Of a stretch of DNA of 64,000 nt, positions 28,625 to 39,317 are shown in pieces. The stretch is from Prevotella sp. Its GTDB lineage: Bacteria > Bacteroidota > Bacteroidia > Bacteroidales > Bacteroidaceae. Within the stretch, counting starts at the first letter, position 1; every line of letters starts with the position of its first letter. The DNA lies in NCBI GenBank assembly GCA_017449025.1, contig JAFSKJ010000097.1, positions 163 through 64,162 of the forward strand, read 5' to 3'. The notes under the pieces are model-generated. The model saw only the letters and a program-made list of their open reading frames with translations, did not search any database and had not been told where the DNA came from. A program made the position numbers and the translations under genes.

Positions 28625-31600
28625 ATGAAAATCGCAAAACTACTCGTTTTGGGAGCCGTGTTGCTGATTAGCGGCAAGGCTTTAGCGGTTGACGGCAATG
28701 TCTGGCCTAAGCCTGAGGCTCCTGGCGTGACACAGTTTGTCAAGTATGCCGAGAACGACACGATGTACATGTACAACGTGGCTGCAAAGATGTTCTTTGT
28801 CGGCGGAAACGACTACAACACCCGTGCCAGCGTGGGCATCAAGGGTTACAAGGTTATTTTCGTGCAGACCGACGACGGCCTCGAGCTTCGCGACTCCGTG
28901 GAGACCCAGAGTGCCGTGAAGTGCACATTCTCTACCGAGGACGCTGCTGCCATCTGGGTTGACAACAGCAATGAGACCTGGCGTTTCTGGACTGTGACCG
29001 AGAATGGCGACAGCTATCGCATCAGCAACGCTGTTTCCGCAGCAGGATTATTCCTCGGATGGAATGGCAAGGCTGAGGACACACGCCTCTACTTCGTTGA
29101 CCCCGCCACCGCTGGTGTCGGCGTTGACTGGAAGTTTGTTTCCACCGCCACCTATGCTGCTTACGCCGAGAAGGTTGCAGAGTACGAGCCGAAGCTTGAC
29201 CTTTACAACGAGGCCATGGCTCTGAAGGCTGTGCTCGACAAGGCTGAGGAGATTGGTGCCAGCGTGGCCGACCAGGTGGCTGTCTACAACAACACTGCCA
29301 GCACCAAGGAGGAGCTGACAGCAGCCATCACCGCAGCCAACGAGGCCATCGCAGTGCGCGAGAAGGAACTTGCACAGGAGAACATCACCAAGGCCACCGT
29401 GGCCAACCCCGTTGATGTCACTGCATTGTTCATTCAGAATCCCACCTTCACCGGTAACAAGTATGATGGTTGGAGTGGCGACGCCTTTGGCGGCTACAAC
29501 CCGCAGAACAATGCCGAGCACTACAATAAGGTTTACAACACCTGGCAGCTGCTGACTGAGATACCCCAGGGTGTCTACAAGTTCAATGTGCACGCCTTCT
29601 ACCGTGCAGGCGACGCAGTCGGTGCCTACAAGAACTACAAGGAGCAGAATGCCATTTCGCAGTATGCCAAGATTTTTGCAGCCTCTGAGGGCGACAGTCT
29701 TACCACTTCTATCGCATCGCCCTTCACAGCCCAGCTGACAGAAGACATGACCACAGGCACATGGTCTACCGCTACCGATGATGAGACAGGCGTTGTCTAT
29801 CACATTCCTAACAACATGGTTGCTGCCGACGAGTTCTTCGGTGCTGGCTATTGCAACGACAATGCCGTTTACATGGCTGTTGGCGAGAGTGGAACAATGC
29901 GCGTAGGTGTTCGTAAGGACTTGACCACTGGTAGCGACTGGTCTATCTTCGACGACTTCTCGCTCGTGTTCTTGGGCAATGGTGCCGATGCTTACCAGCT
30001 GTGGCTCGAAGAGGCCATGAAGAGCGTCAAGGACATCGTTATTGCCGAGGGCGCTGTATATACCGAGTCTTATTTGGAGGCTTACAACAATGCCCGCAAG
30101 GTTGAGCTGAAGGCCTCCACCAAGGCAGAGGTTGTTGCCATACTTGCTCCCATCAATACTGCTGCTGCCGACCTCGACAAAAACCTCAAGCTCTGGGTAG
30201 AGTATCAGGAGGTGCTGGAAGAGGCCAAGACAACTGCCGCTAACATGGGTCTCGACCAGACATACACTGAAGAGTTAGGCGACTGGGCTGACTTCGAGGG
30301 TGCCGACGCACTGAAGGATCACGCCTTGACCAACGAGGAGCTGGAAACCATCATCGCCGATAAGCGCGCAGCCATCTCCGAGGCTATGGCTCACCCGACA
30401 ACCGAGCAGGATGTGACCAAGCTGCTGGTTAACCCCGACTATTCAACAGGTGACTGGACTGGCTGGACGCGAGAGGCAGCAAGTGGCGGCAATGTAGCTG
30501 TTAGCAACTCGTGTGCTGAGGCTTGGAACAACGCCGGCTTCGACATCTACCAGGTGGTTCAGAACGCACCTAAGGGTGTTTACGAGATTTCCGTACAGGG
30601 CTTCTATCGCTACGGACGCACAGCCTATCAGGCATATCTGAACCATGACCAGTACACCACACCTGAGACCTGTCCCGTATTCATTTACCTGAACGACAAC
30701 ACCACGCCGTTCACCAATGTCTATGGCGACCCGCAGCAGATTACCGATCCTGATTTCTATGGCGGTGAAGGCGCTGCAGAGACTGGTTCCGATGGCGTAA
30801 CCTACTATTATCCTAATACTATGGCTTCCTCAGCTACAGCTTTCTCTGCTGGTATGTACACACAGTCAGCATACGGCTTGGTAACAGAGGACGGTGGAAT
30901 GCTCCGCATTGGTGTGAAGGGCGTTTCCAACCAGATGGGCGACAGCTGGTGCATCTGGGACAACTTCAAGCTCGTATGGAAGGGCTTCAATGCCGAGGTT
31001 ATCCTGCCCGTGCTGCAGACTAACATCGAGAAGGCCAAGGAAGAGCTGAATGCTCCTATCGGCAAGGATGTGGCCCAGAAGCTGAGCGACGCCATCAAGG
31101 CCGGTGAGGATGCCATCGCCAAGGGCGACGGCCAGGGCATGTTCGATGCACTCTCTAACATTTTCGCTGCCAACAGCGAGGTGAATGCCTCCAAGACCCT
31201 CTTCGCCTCCCTGCAGGTTTCCTTCGAGGACCTGGCCAACAGGCTTAACGAGGCTATCTGCGCTGTCTCTGTAGTACAGGAGGCAAAGGCTCTGCTCGCC
31301 AAGGTCAACGACGGCATTGAGCAGCACACCTTCGCCGACAGCGAGGTTGAAGGCCTGCAGCTTGAGATTGCTCAGATGATGAGCCGTCTGGGTATACCAG
31401 AGGATATCGACAATGCTACCGACGAGAGTCCTATCGACGTGACCACCGCCGTTATCAACGCCAACTGCCTGATACAGAAGGGTTGGGAGGGTAGCCCCGC
31501 ATACGACAACAACGCTCAGGACGCCGAGAAGTTCAATTCTGATTACAACGTCTACCAGCGCGTTTACGGTCTGCCCGCAGGTGTCTACACCGTATCGGTC

Positions 31601-32167
31601 AACGCATTCTATCGCGCAGGCGAGGCTGCTGCCGACTTCGACAACTACAAGGCCGACGCCACCAAGGACAACAACAGCTTCCTCTATGCAGGAACAGACA
31701 AGGGCGACACCGTGAGCGTAGCCATCAAGCGTCTGGCATCGGAGGCCAAGGAGCTGGGCGATCCCATTGAGAGCGGATACGTTGCCGTTGGCGAGACATT
31801 CATGGTTCCCAACAACATGACTGCTGCCGGTGCTGCCTTCTTAGAAGGACTGTATGCTGGCAACACTGTTACCGTAAGGCTCGGCGAGGGCGACGTGCTC
31901 ACCATTGGTCTCAAGAAGTCTGAGAAAATCACCAACGACTGGACCATCTGGGCTAACTGGAACCTCACCTACTACGGCAAGAACAGCCAGAAGGACATCA
32001 GCGAGAACCCGATGGGCATCAGCAATGTTGAGATGGCTGAGACTGGAAGCGTGGTGTTCTACAACCTCAACGGCATGCGCATCAACAAGCCTGTGAAGGG
32101 CATCGTCATCATGAAGCAGACGCTGGGCGACGGCACCGTGAAGATTAAGAAAGTTAACCTGAAGTAA
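28625..32167 (+). CDS. Large secreted protein of unknown function: three jelly-roll-like repeats separated by helical linkers, T9SS-like tail
   Basis: Signal peptide; three repeats of D(V)T.(L)..N...GW / G(V)Y...V.(A/G)FYR / W..(F/W).(N/D)(F/W).L; tail YNLNGMRI..KGIVIMK. Confidence 0.8.
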   Translation: MKIAKLLVLGAVLLISGKALAVDGNVWPKPEAPGVTQFVKYAENDTMYMYNVAAKMFFVGGNDYNTRASVGIKGYKVIFVQTDDGLELRDSVETQSAVKCTFSTEDAAAIWVDNSNETWRFWTVTENGDSYRISNAVSAAGLFLGWNGKAEDTRLYFVDPATAGVGVDWKFVSTATYAAYAEKVAEYEPKLDLYNEAMALKAVLDKAEEIGASVADQVAVYNNTASTKEELTAAITAANEAIAVREKELAQENITKATVANPVDVTALFIQNPTFTGNKYDGWSGDAFGGYNPQNNAEHYNKVYNTWQLLTEIPQGVYKFNVHAFYRAGDAVGAYKNYKEQNAISQYAKIFAASEGDSLTTSIASPFTAQLTEDMTTGTWSTATDDETGVVYHIPNNMVAADEFFGAGYCNDNAVYMAVGESGTMRVGVRKDLTTGSDWSIFDDFSLVFLGNGADAYQLWLEEAMKSVKDIVIAEGAVYTESYLEAYNNARKVELKASTKAEVVAILAPINTAAADLDKNLKLWVEYQEVLEEAKTTAANMGLDQTYTEELGDWADFEGADALKDHALTNEELETIIADKRAAISEAMAHPTTEQDVTKLLVNPDYSTGDWTGWTREAASGGNVAVSNSCAEAWNNAGFDIYQVVQNAPKGVYEISVQGFYRYGRTAYQAYLNHDQYTTPETCPVFIYLNDNTTPFTNVYGDPQQITDPDFYGGEGAAETGSDGVTYYYPNTMASSATAFSAGMYTQSAYGLVTEDGGMLRIGVKGVSNQMGDSWCIWDNFKLVWKGFNAEVILPVLQTNIEKAKEELNAPIGKDVAQKLSDAIKAGEDAIAKGDGQGMFDALSNIFAANSEVNASKTLFASLQVSFEDLANRLNEAICAVSVVQEAKALLAKVNDGIEQHTFADSEVEGLQLEIAQMMSRLGIPEDIDNATDESPIDVTTAVINANCLIQKGWEGSPAYDNNAQDAEKFNSDYNVYQRVYGLPAGVYTVSVNAFYRAGEAAADFDNYKADATKDNNSFLYAGTDKGDTVSVAIKRLASEAKELGDPIESGYVAVGETFMVPNNMTAAGAAFLEGLYAGNTVTVRLGEGDVLTIGLKKSEKITNDWTIWANWNLTYYGKNSQKDISENPMGISNVEMAETGSVVFYNLNGMRINKPVKGIVIMKQTLGDGTVKIKKVNLK

Positions 32168-32231
32168 GCCGAGTGCAGACAGTAAAGAAAGTTTGAATAT
32201 GCTAAAAGCATCCAGCTGAAACACCTCAAGA

Positions 32232-32280
32232 AGGAACTGGAGACGGGTCGGAAAGCCCGATCTCCGGTTCCTTGTTTTAT
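32232..32280 (+). terminator. Hairpin/terminator between 28625..32167 and the GH51 gene
   Basis: GGAACTGGAGA..CGGG-tcggaaag-CCCG..TCTCCGGTTCC followed by TTGTTTT. Confidence 0.65.
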
Positions 32281-32347
32281 CTGCCTGAATCATCCTTGCG
32301 CGCGTGTACCTATAATATATTATATAACCATTAACTCCTTGAGACGA

Positions 32348-35300
32348 ATGACAACAATAAGACAGTTACTCCTGTCCACCATGCTGGCCACCGCCACCTG
32401 CGCCCATTCGCAGGTAGTGATGAACATCGATGCCACACGCCGCGGCCCAGTTATCAGCGACTATCAGTATGGCCTCTTCTTTGAGGAAATAAACCATGCC
32501 GGCGACGGCGGCCTCTATGCAGAGCTGGTGAAGAACCGCTCGTTTGAGGACGGACTCGACGGATGGGACAAGACCACGACATCAGGGGTAACGCTGCAAA
32601 CCACCACAGCCCAGGTGCTCAACGGTGCGCAGCAACATTCGCTCGACCTTTACACAACTTCGGCATCGGAATCCCGCCTGCGCGGCGTCAGCAACAAGGG
32701 ATACTGGGGCATGAAGTTTGAGAAGGGCAAACAGTACAGGCTCACGCTCTTGGCCAAGGGCAGCAACGACGGATATACGGGTAATATCATTGCCCGCCTG
32801 TCGAAGAGCGACGGACGAACCATCATTGGCGAAGCCCGCTTAGAGGGCACCGTGGAAACCACCAAGTGGAACAAGCTGACAGCAACCATCACCGCTACCG
32901 ACAGTGATAACGGCGGACAGCTACTATTGCTTACGAGCAATAATGGCCATCTGTATGCGGACGTGATTTCGCTGTTCCCCGAAACGTGGAACAACCGCCC
33001 CAACGGCCTGCGCCCCGACCTGGCGCAACTTCTCTACGATACCAAGCCCACCTTCCTGCGATTCCCGGGAGGCTGCTTCGTAGAGGGAGAGCAGTCGTTC
33101 GACGACGCTTTCCAGTGGAAGAGAACCATTGGCCCGATAGAGCAGCGCCCCGGACATGTAAACCGCAACTGGCACTACTGGACCACCGACGGCCTCGGCT
33201 TCGACGAGTACCTGCAGCTGTGTGAGGATCTCGGCGCTGCGCCATTGTTTGTGGTGAACGTGGGACTGGGCCACGGATACTATATTCCGATGGAAGACCT
33301 TGACACACTGGTGCAGAACACGCTCGACGCCATTGAGTATGCCAACGGTGACGGCACCACAGAGTATGGAGCCATGCGCATTAAGAACGGCCACATAGCA
33401 CCATACAACCTTAAGTTCATAGAGATTGGCAACGAGAACTACAACTTCAGCATAAACAGCAACTCAGACCAGAGCTATGAGTACCCCGAGAGATACTATA
33501 AGTTCTACAATGCCATCAAGGCGAAATACCCTGACATCATCACAATAGGCAACGTAGAGGCGTGGGGTACCGACGCACCAAGCTGGCGCAACGACTACCC
33601 CGTGGAGCTGGTTGACGAGCACTACTACCGCTCGCACTCGTGGATGAAGCAGAACTACAGGAAGTATGACAACTATCCGCGCAACATTGGCGTGTACAAC
33701 GGCGAGTATGCCGCCAACTACGGTGGGACATACGGCCAGTACGGCAACATGAACTCCGCTTTGGGCGAGGCCGTCTACATGCTGGGCATGGAGAGAAACA
33801 GCGACGTGTGCCGCATGGCATCGTTCGCACCCATCTTCATGCACGAGAGCGACCCGACATGGGCATACGACATGATACACTTCAACGCCGGCGGCAACTT
33901 CGTCACTCCGAGCTACTATGTGCAGAAGCTCCTGTCAAACAACCTCGGGCACCAGAACCTGCTATGGACGGAGAGCGGCAACAGCGTGGCGGCTGCTGCC
34001 AACCACCGTGTAGGCGTGGCCACATGGGACACTCAGGCCACCTTCTCAGGACTGACTGTGAGCGTGGACGGTGGAACAAACATTCTTTCTGCCAACAGCG
34101 GGATGACCGATACCACCGGCGACTGGAACTTCGCACAGGACGGCACCATCACCCAGTATGGCTACGGACAGCCATGCCGCGCTGTGGTTGACAAGGATTT
34201 CCTTGCCCAAAACTACACCTTCGAGCTGAAAGCCCGCAAGGATGGCGGTGTAGAGGGATTCCTCATTATCTTCGACTATCAGGACGAGAACAACTACTCC
34301 TGGTGGAACATTGGCGGATGGAGCAACAGCAAAAATGCCATCGAGATATGCCGCAGCGGCTCCAAGGCCCAGTACTCGACCACTGATTGCCGGATAGAGA
34401 CCGGAGAATGGTACGACCTGAAGGTTGAGGTTAACGGCAACGTGATAAAATGCTACATCAACGGCCAACTCTTCCACGACCTCACACTCGACGCCGAGCC
34501 AGCCGTCTACCAAAGCGTGCAGCTCACCTCCGACGAGAAGCAGCTCATTGTCAAGGTGGTGAACCCCAACGCCACCCCGCAGCAGTTGCATCTCAATGCC
34601 ACCAACATGAAGATTGGCGGCGGCAGCGTGGAGCGGCTTGCCTCGGCCAACGGCAGCGACGAGAACACCATGGACAGCCCCGACAATGTCAAGCCATCGG
34701 CACCCGAGACTGTGGCCGACGGTACGAAACTCGAGCTGCCACCATATTCGCTGAGCATATATCACCTGAACGTCAGCGACGTGGCACCGGCTGTTGCCAC
34801 TCCTACCGCAGCCGACTATCCCGAATACGTGAAGGAGGACGAGAACATGACCGCTTATCTCTATGCACACATGCACGAGACGCAGGAATACACCTGCTAT
34901 GCCCTGCGCACCAAGGACGCCAACACGTGGAACGACCTGCTGGGTAGCCGTGAGGTGTTCGACACCAAGGCCCAAACCGTTACCGGCGGCATGCGCGATG
35001 CCTTTGTCTACCGCCTTGTCAGCGGCAGCGGCTTCATGCTTGTGGGAACCGACATGACGTCGAGGCTCGGGTGGGAGAGCAACCACATCATGGACCTGAT
35101 GCTCACCCCCGACCTGGTGCATTGGACCAAGAACGTGAAGATTGACCTTGAGACGGCTGAGAACCTCAGTGCCATAAGCACGGCCATGGGCCGCGAGATA
35201 ACGGCAGAGACCATGACCGCCGCCTGGGCACCGCAGGTGATCTACGACCCGCAGACCAAGACATACGTGATTTACTACAGCGTGGGCATACGCGGCGACA

Positions 35301-36643
35301 AGCACTACATCTTCTATCAGCAGCTTGACGAGCAGCTCAACATACTCACCGAACCGCGGGTGTACTTCGCCCCCGGCTACGACATCATCGATGCCGACAT
35401 AGTATGGAATGCAGTTGACCAGCAGTACCAGATGCTCTTCAAGTGCGAGTCGACCAACGGCTTCGACAGGGCTACAGCCAAGACCCTCGTGCCAGAGAAG
35501 GGCGCCACAGGCACCACCGTCTGGACAGTGACCAAGGACTTCCACATAGGCGAGAACGGGCAGGCCATTGAGGGCATGACACAGTGGAGGCCCATAGGCG
35601 AGCTTAAGTGGACCGTGTTGTATATCAACTACAGCGGCGGATACAAGTACCGCTTCCGCTACATGGACGAGCACGGCCTGAACCCCGAGCCTGCCGGCCA
35701 CGACATTAGCGGCAACGTGCGCGCGCAGCACGGCTGCGTGATGAAGCTCACACAGCAGGAGTATGAATTCCTTCTGGATTGGGACAAGGTGATGACGCTG
35801 CTGCCAGACGTCAAGGCATACCATGCGGCGAATCCTTCAGACAAGACCGCAGAAGCCATCAAGGCTGCCGAGGCCGCTCTGAACGAGACCACAACCTTTG
35901 CCGAAAACGCCAAGGCCATGGCCAAGGCGGTGGAACTGCTCAAGGACTGCCCCACCGACCTGCGCCAGGTATATATAGATAAGGTGAAGAAGGACGGCAA
36001 GGGCGACTTGACACCACTGATAGTCAACGCCGACTTCAGTCAGGGTGCCAGCGGCTGGTCGCGGCTGCCCGAATTCACACAGGCCAACGGCTATGTTGCC
36101 GAGTTCTGGAACACAAATTTTATGATGGGGCAGACTTTGGAAGGTCTGCCCAACGGGAAGTATAAGCTCACCGTGCAAAGCTTCTACCGCAATGGCAACA
36201 TAATCCCTGCCACATCTGCACACCTCAACGGCAGCGAGGAACTGAATGCCGTGTTCTACGCCAATTCAGCCGAAATGCCCATAATGAGCATCTACGACGA
36301 GTCGGCAGACATATACACCATGAATCCCTATAGCTATCCCGACAATGTCGCTGAGGCAAACAGGGCATTCAATGAGTACAATCTTTATGCCAACGAGCTG
36401 GAATTCAGCGTCACCGACGGGATGCTGTCGTTTGGCATATATAATTTCAACAGTGAGGACGGCGACTGGTGCTGCTTCGACAACTTCACCCTTTACTTCC
36501 TGGGTGATGACTCTGGAGTAAAAGACGTTCACACATCTGACGGCGATGCCGCCCGCAAGGTATATGACCTGCAGGGCCGCCGCGTCAACGGTAACGTGCG
36601 CCATGGAGTGTACATCACAGACAAGAAGAAAATATTGAAATAA
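32348..36643 (+). CDS. Multidomain alpha-L-arabinofuranosidase: GH51, inserted lectin-like domain, GH43-like five-bladed propeller, jelly-roll module, T9SS-like tail
   Basis: GLFFEEINHAGDGGLYAELVKNRSFE, FLRFPGGC, IEIGNEN, DEHYY, GEYA, ERNSDV..ASFAP; later GMRDAFVYR, WAPQVIYD, IIDADIV; tail YDLQGRRV. Confidence 0.9.
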   Translation: MTTIRQLLLSTMLATATCAHSQVVMNIDATRRGPVISDYQYGLFFEEINHAGDGGLYAELVKNRSFEDGLDGWDKTTTSGVTLQTTTAQVLNGAQQHSLDLYTTSASESRLRGVSNKGYWGMKFEKGKQYRLTLLAKGSNDGYTGNIIARLSKSDGRTIIGEARLEGTVETTKWNKLTATITATDSDNGGQLLLLTSNNGHLYADVISLFPETWNNRPNGLRPDLAQLLYDTKPTFLRFPGGCFVEGEQSFDDAFQWKRTIGPIEQRPGHVNRNWHYWTTDGLGFDEYLQLCEDLGAAPLFVVNVGLGHGYYIPMEDLDTLVQNTLDAIEYANGDGTTEYGAMRIKNGHIAPYNLKFIEIGNENYNFSINSNSDQSYEYPERYYKFYNAIKAKYPDIITIGNVEAWGTDAPSWRNDYPVELVDEHYYRSHSWMKQNYRKYDNYPRNIGVYNGEYAANYGGTYGQYGNMNSALGEAVYMLGMERNSDVCRMASFAPIFMHESDPTWAYDMIHFNAGGNFVTPSYYVQKLLSNNLGHQNLLWTESGNSVAAAANHRVGVATWDTQATFSGLTVSVDGGTNILSANSGMTDTTGDWNFAQDGTITQYGYGQPCRAVVDKDFLAQNYTFELKARKDGGVEGFLIIFDYQDENNYSWWNIGGWSNSKNAIEICRSGSKAQYSTTDCRIETGEWYDLKVEVNGNVIKCYINGQLFHDLTLDAEPAVYQSVQLTSDEKQLIVKVVNPNATPQQLHLNATNMKIGGGSVERLASANGSDENTMDSPDNVKPSAPETVADGTKLELPPYSLSIYHLNVSDVAPAVATPTAADYPEYVKEDENMTAYLYAHMHETQEYTCYALRTKDANTWNDLLGSREVFDTKAQTVTGGMRDAFVYRLVSGSGFMLVGTDMTSRLGWESNHIMDLMLTPDLVHWTKNVKIDLETAENLSAISTAMGREITAETMTAAWAPQVIYDPQTKTYVIYYSVGIRGDKHYIFYQQLDEQLNILTEPRVYFAPGYDIIDADIVWNAVDQQYQMLFKCESTNGFDRATAKTLVPEKGATGTTVWTVTKDFHIGENGQAIEGMTQWRPIGELKWTVLYINYSGGYKYRFRYMDEHGLNPEPAGHDISGNVRAQHGCVMKLTQQEYEFLLDWDKVMTLLPDVKAYHAANPSDKTAEAIKAAEAALNETTTFAENAKAMAKAVELLKDCPTDLRQVYIDKVKKDGKGDLTPLIVNADFSQGASGWSRLPEFTQANGYVAEFWNTNFMMGQTLEGLPNGKYKLTVQSFYRNGNIIPATSAHLNGSEELNAVFYANSAEMPIMSIYDESADIYTMNPYSYPDNVAEANRAFNEYNLYANELEFSVTDGMLSFGIYNFNSEDGDWCCFDNFTLYFLGDDSGVKDVHTSDGDAARKVYDLQGRRVNGNVRHGVYITDKKKILK

Positions 36644-36671
36644 TATATCAACTATTTTAAAATCATTAATT

Positions 36672-39314
36672 ATGGCACTTAAACGAATGGCAAAACAAAG
36701 GCGTAGCATGGTGATTGCTGCCTGCGGACTGCTAATGGGCTCGATGATGATGCAGGGGTGTAAGGACGACACCTTGCTCACCGGACAGCCCTCGTGGCTG
36801 GGTAACTCCATCTACGAGCGTCTGGAGGAAGAGGGCAACTATACCACCCTGTTGCGTCTGATTAACGACCTGGGCCAGCACGAGGTGCTGAGCCACACTG
36901 GTTCAAAGACCCTGTTTGCAGCCAACGACTCAGCCTTCCAGCAGTGGTTCAACAACAACAACTGGGGGGTGCGCCGCTACGAGCAATTGTCGGAGTCGCA
37001 GAAGAAGTTGCTGCTTAACAACTCGATGATCAACAATGCCTATCTCATCGAACTGCTGTCTAACGTCAGCGGTACGCCACCAATGGAAGGCATGTGTATG
37101 CGACGTGAAACTGCATTGAGCATTTACGACTCTGTTGAGGTGCTCAATCCGGCAAAAATGCCTAATACGGCTGCTTGGGCAAAGTTCAAGAGCCGTGGAA
37201 AGAGCATCCCCATCTTCAAGGACGGTACGGCAGCACCGATGATTCATTTCCTGCCTGCCTACATGCGGTTCAACAAAATCACCGGCGAGGACCTGTCGAT
37301 ACTCACCAACCATCAGGCCACGGACATCAACGAGGCCTGGGTGAACGGAAAGAAGATTACCGAGCGCGACATCACATGCAAGAACGGATATATACAAAAG
37401 GTGAACGGCGTCATTGAGTCGTCGTCGAACATGGCCGACATCCTTCGCCAGCATCCGCAGATGTCCATGTGGTCAAGCCTCATCGACCGATTCTCGGCTC
37501 CCTACTACCATGCCAATGGCACCAAGGAGTACAACCGTCTGTACAACAACGAAGACTCCGTCTACACCCTGCGTTTCTATAGCCAGCGCTCGCTTGGAGG
37601 CGAACCGAACGAGAAAGACCCCGACGGCGAGGCTGTAAAGGCAACACTGAAGTTCGACCCGGGATGGAACCACTACATGTACTCCAACACCATGGGCTAC
37701 GACTTGCACTACGACGCCGGTGCCATGATTGTTCCCACCAACGAGGCTCTTGAGAACTGGTGGAACACTGAGGGCAAGGACCTGCAGACAGAGTACGGCG
37801 TATGGGACAGCATTCCCGATGCCACGCTGGCTAAGCTGTTGAACGTCAACATGCTGCCCGTGTTCTCCGAGGCTGTGCCCTCGAAATTCAAGCAGGTGCT
37901 TAACGATGCCAAGGAAGAGTTGGGCATAAAGATAGAGAACGTGGACTCATGCTTCATGGGATGCAACGGCGTAGTCTATCTGGTGAACAAGGTGTTCACT
38001 CCCGCTGAGTACTCATCGGTGGCATACCCCGCACTTGCCCACGCCTCTACGATGAACGTAATCTACTGGGCCATAGACCAGCTGAACTTCCTGCCTTACC
38101 TGCTCTCCATGGACTCTTACTATAGCTTGCTGCTTCCCACCAACAATGCCATGATGCTGTATATCGACCCGGCATTCTACGGTTCAGAAGACCGTGAGAC
38201 AGGCATGGAAGCCCCGTCTGTGCTGGAATTCTACTATGACCCGCAGAAGGCTATCTCCGACCGCGTTCAGGCACACCGTTACAACTGTCTGGTTGACGAG
38301 GAAGGCAACATCACTTTGGGCGTGCGCACACAGCTTAATGCAGACTCCAAGGTGATAAAAGACCGTCTGCGCAACCTCATGGACCAGCTCATCATCGTGG
38401 GTGACGTGGAGGACGGCCATGAGTACTACAAGTCAAAGGGCGGAACGCTCATACGCGTTCAGCGCAATGCCGACGGCAGCGTGTCGTTCTCGGGCGGATG
38501 GCAGATAGAGCACCAGAACAGGCAGATGACCTCCGCTCTCGATGACATCTACCCCAAGGCCAACGGTAAGTCGTACCAGGTGGACGAGCACATGCCACTT
38601 AGCTCGCAGAACACCGTCTACCTCACCCTGAAGGCTCACGAGGAGTTCTCAGAGTTCCTCAACCTGCTCGACCACGACGGCTCAGAGCTGCTGAGCACCA
38701 AGCTGAGCAACAAGTACACAGCAGGACTCACCAACCAGAACAGCAAGAACCTGCGACTGTTGGACAACTATAACTATACCGTCTACGTGCCCACTAACAG
38801 CAGCATACGCAAGCTCATCGACGACGGCCTGCTCCCCACCTGGGACGAGTACGAGAATGCAGACAGCCTCTGCACTGCCCTGGGCTTGCCTACAGACGAG
38901 GAGACCGTTGACAGCGTCCGTTCAATCATCAAGGACAAGATTGTAAGCTTCCTGCGCTACCACGTTCAGGACCACTCCGTGGCTGTTAACATGGCTCCCG
39001 AGGAGAAGGGCGTCTACCGCAACCACTATGAGTCGATGAGGCGTAACCTTGAAACAGGACGATTCTACCCCATGGACGTTGACTTCTCCGGCAACCAGAT
39101 CTCCATCACCGACGTTATCGGCGAGACGCGCCACGTGGTAAAGACGGAGGGGCTGTACAACCAGATATGCCGTGAGTATTGGTTCGACGGCAGTGGAAAC
39201 ACCGCCACCATCTTCATGGCCTCCGATGCCGTGGTACACCAGATAGACGGTGTGCTGTTATTCTCGAAACTGACCCCCTGGAAACAAGAACTTACTAAAA
39301 TAAGGAGGAAATAA
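36672..39314 (+). CDS. Multi-FAS1 domain lipoprotein, first gene of cassette B
   Basis: Lipobox MQGCKD; SKTLFAANDSAF, YTVYVPTNSSI, AVVHQIDGVL; colinear with 20310..22907. Confidence 0.85.
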   Translation: MALKRMAKQRRSMVIAACGLLMGSMMMQGCKDDTLLTGQPSWLGNSIYERLEEEGNYTTLLRLINDLGQHEVLSHTGSKTLFAANDSAFQQWFNNNNWGVRRYEQLSESQKKLLLNNSMINNAYLIELLSNVSGTPPMEGMCMRRETALSIYDSVEVLNPAKMPNTAAWAKFKSRGKSIPIFKDGTAAPMIHFLPAYMRFNKITGEDLSILTNHQATDINEAWVNGKKITERDITCKNGYIQKVNGVIESSSNMADILRQHPQMSMWSSLIDRFSAPYYHANGTKEYNRLYNNEDSVYTLRFYSQRSLGGEPNEKDPDGEAVKATLKFDPGWNHYMYSNTMGYDLHYDAGAMIVPTNEALENWWNTEGKDLQTEYGVWDSIPDATLAKLLNVNMLPVFSEAVPSKFKQVLNDAKEELGIKIENVDSCFMGCNGVVYLVNKVFTPAEYSSVAYPALAHASTMNVIYWAIDQLNFLPYLLSMDSYYSLLLPTNNAMMLYIDPAFYGSEDRETGMEAPSVLEFYYDPQKAISDRVQAHRYNCLVDEEGNITLGVRTQLNADSKVIKDRLRNLMDQLIIVGDVEDGHEYYKSKGGTLIRVQRNADGSVSFSGGWQIEHQNRQMTSALDDIYPKANGKSYQVDEHMPLSSQNTVYLTLKAHEEFSEFLNLLDHDGSELLSTKLSNKYTAGLTNQNSKNLRLLDNYNYTVYVPTNSSIRKLIDDGLLPTWDEYENADSLCTALGLPTDEETVDSVRSIIKDKIVSFLRYHVQDHSVAVNMAPEEKGVYRNHYESMRRNLETGRFYPMDVDFSGNQISITDVIGETRHVVKTEGLYNQICREYWFDGSGNTATIFMASDAVVHQIDGVLLFSKLTPWKQELTKIRRK

Positions 39315-39317
39315 GGC

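Noticed and set aside
30720-30900. Locally T-ending codon usage inside the 1180-aa gene
   Set aside because: Too short to call mosaicism by eye; also compatible with high-expression codon bias
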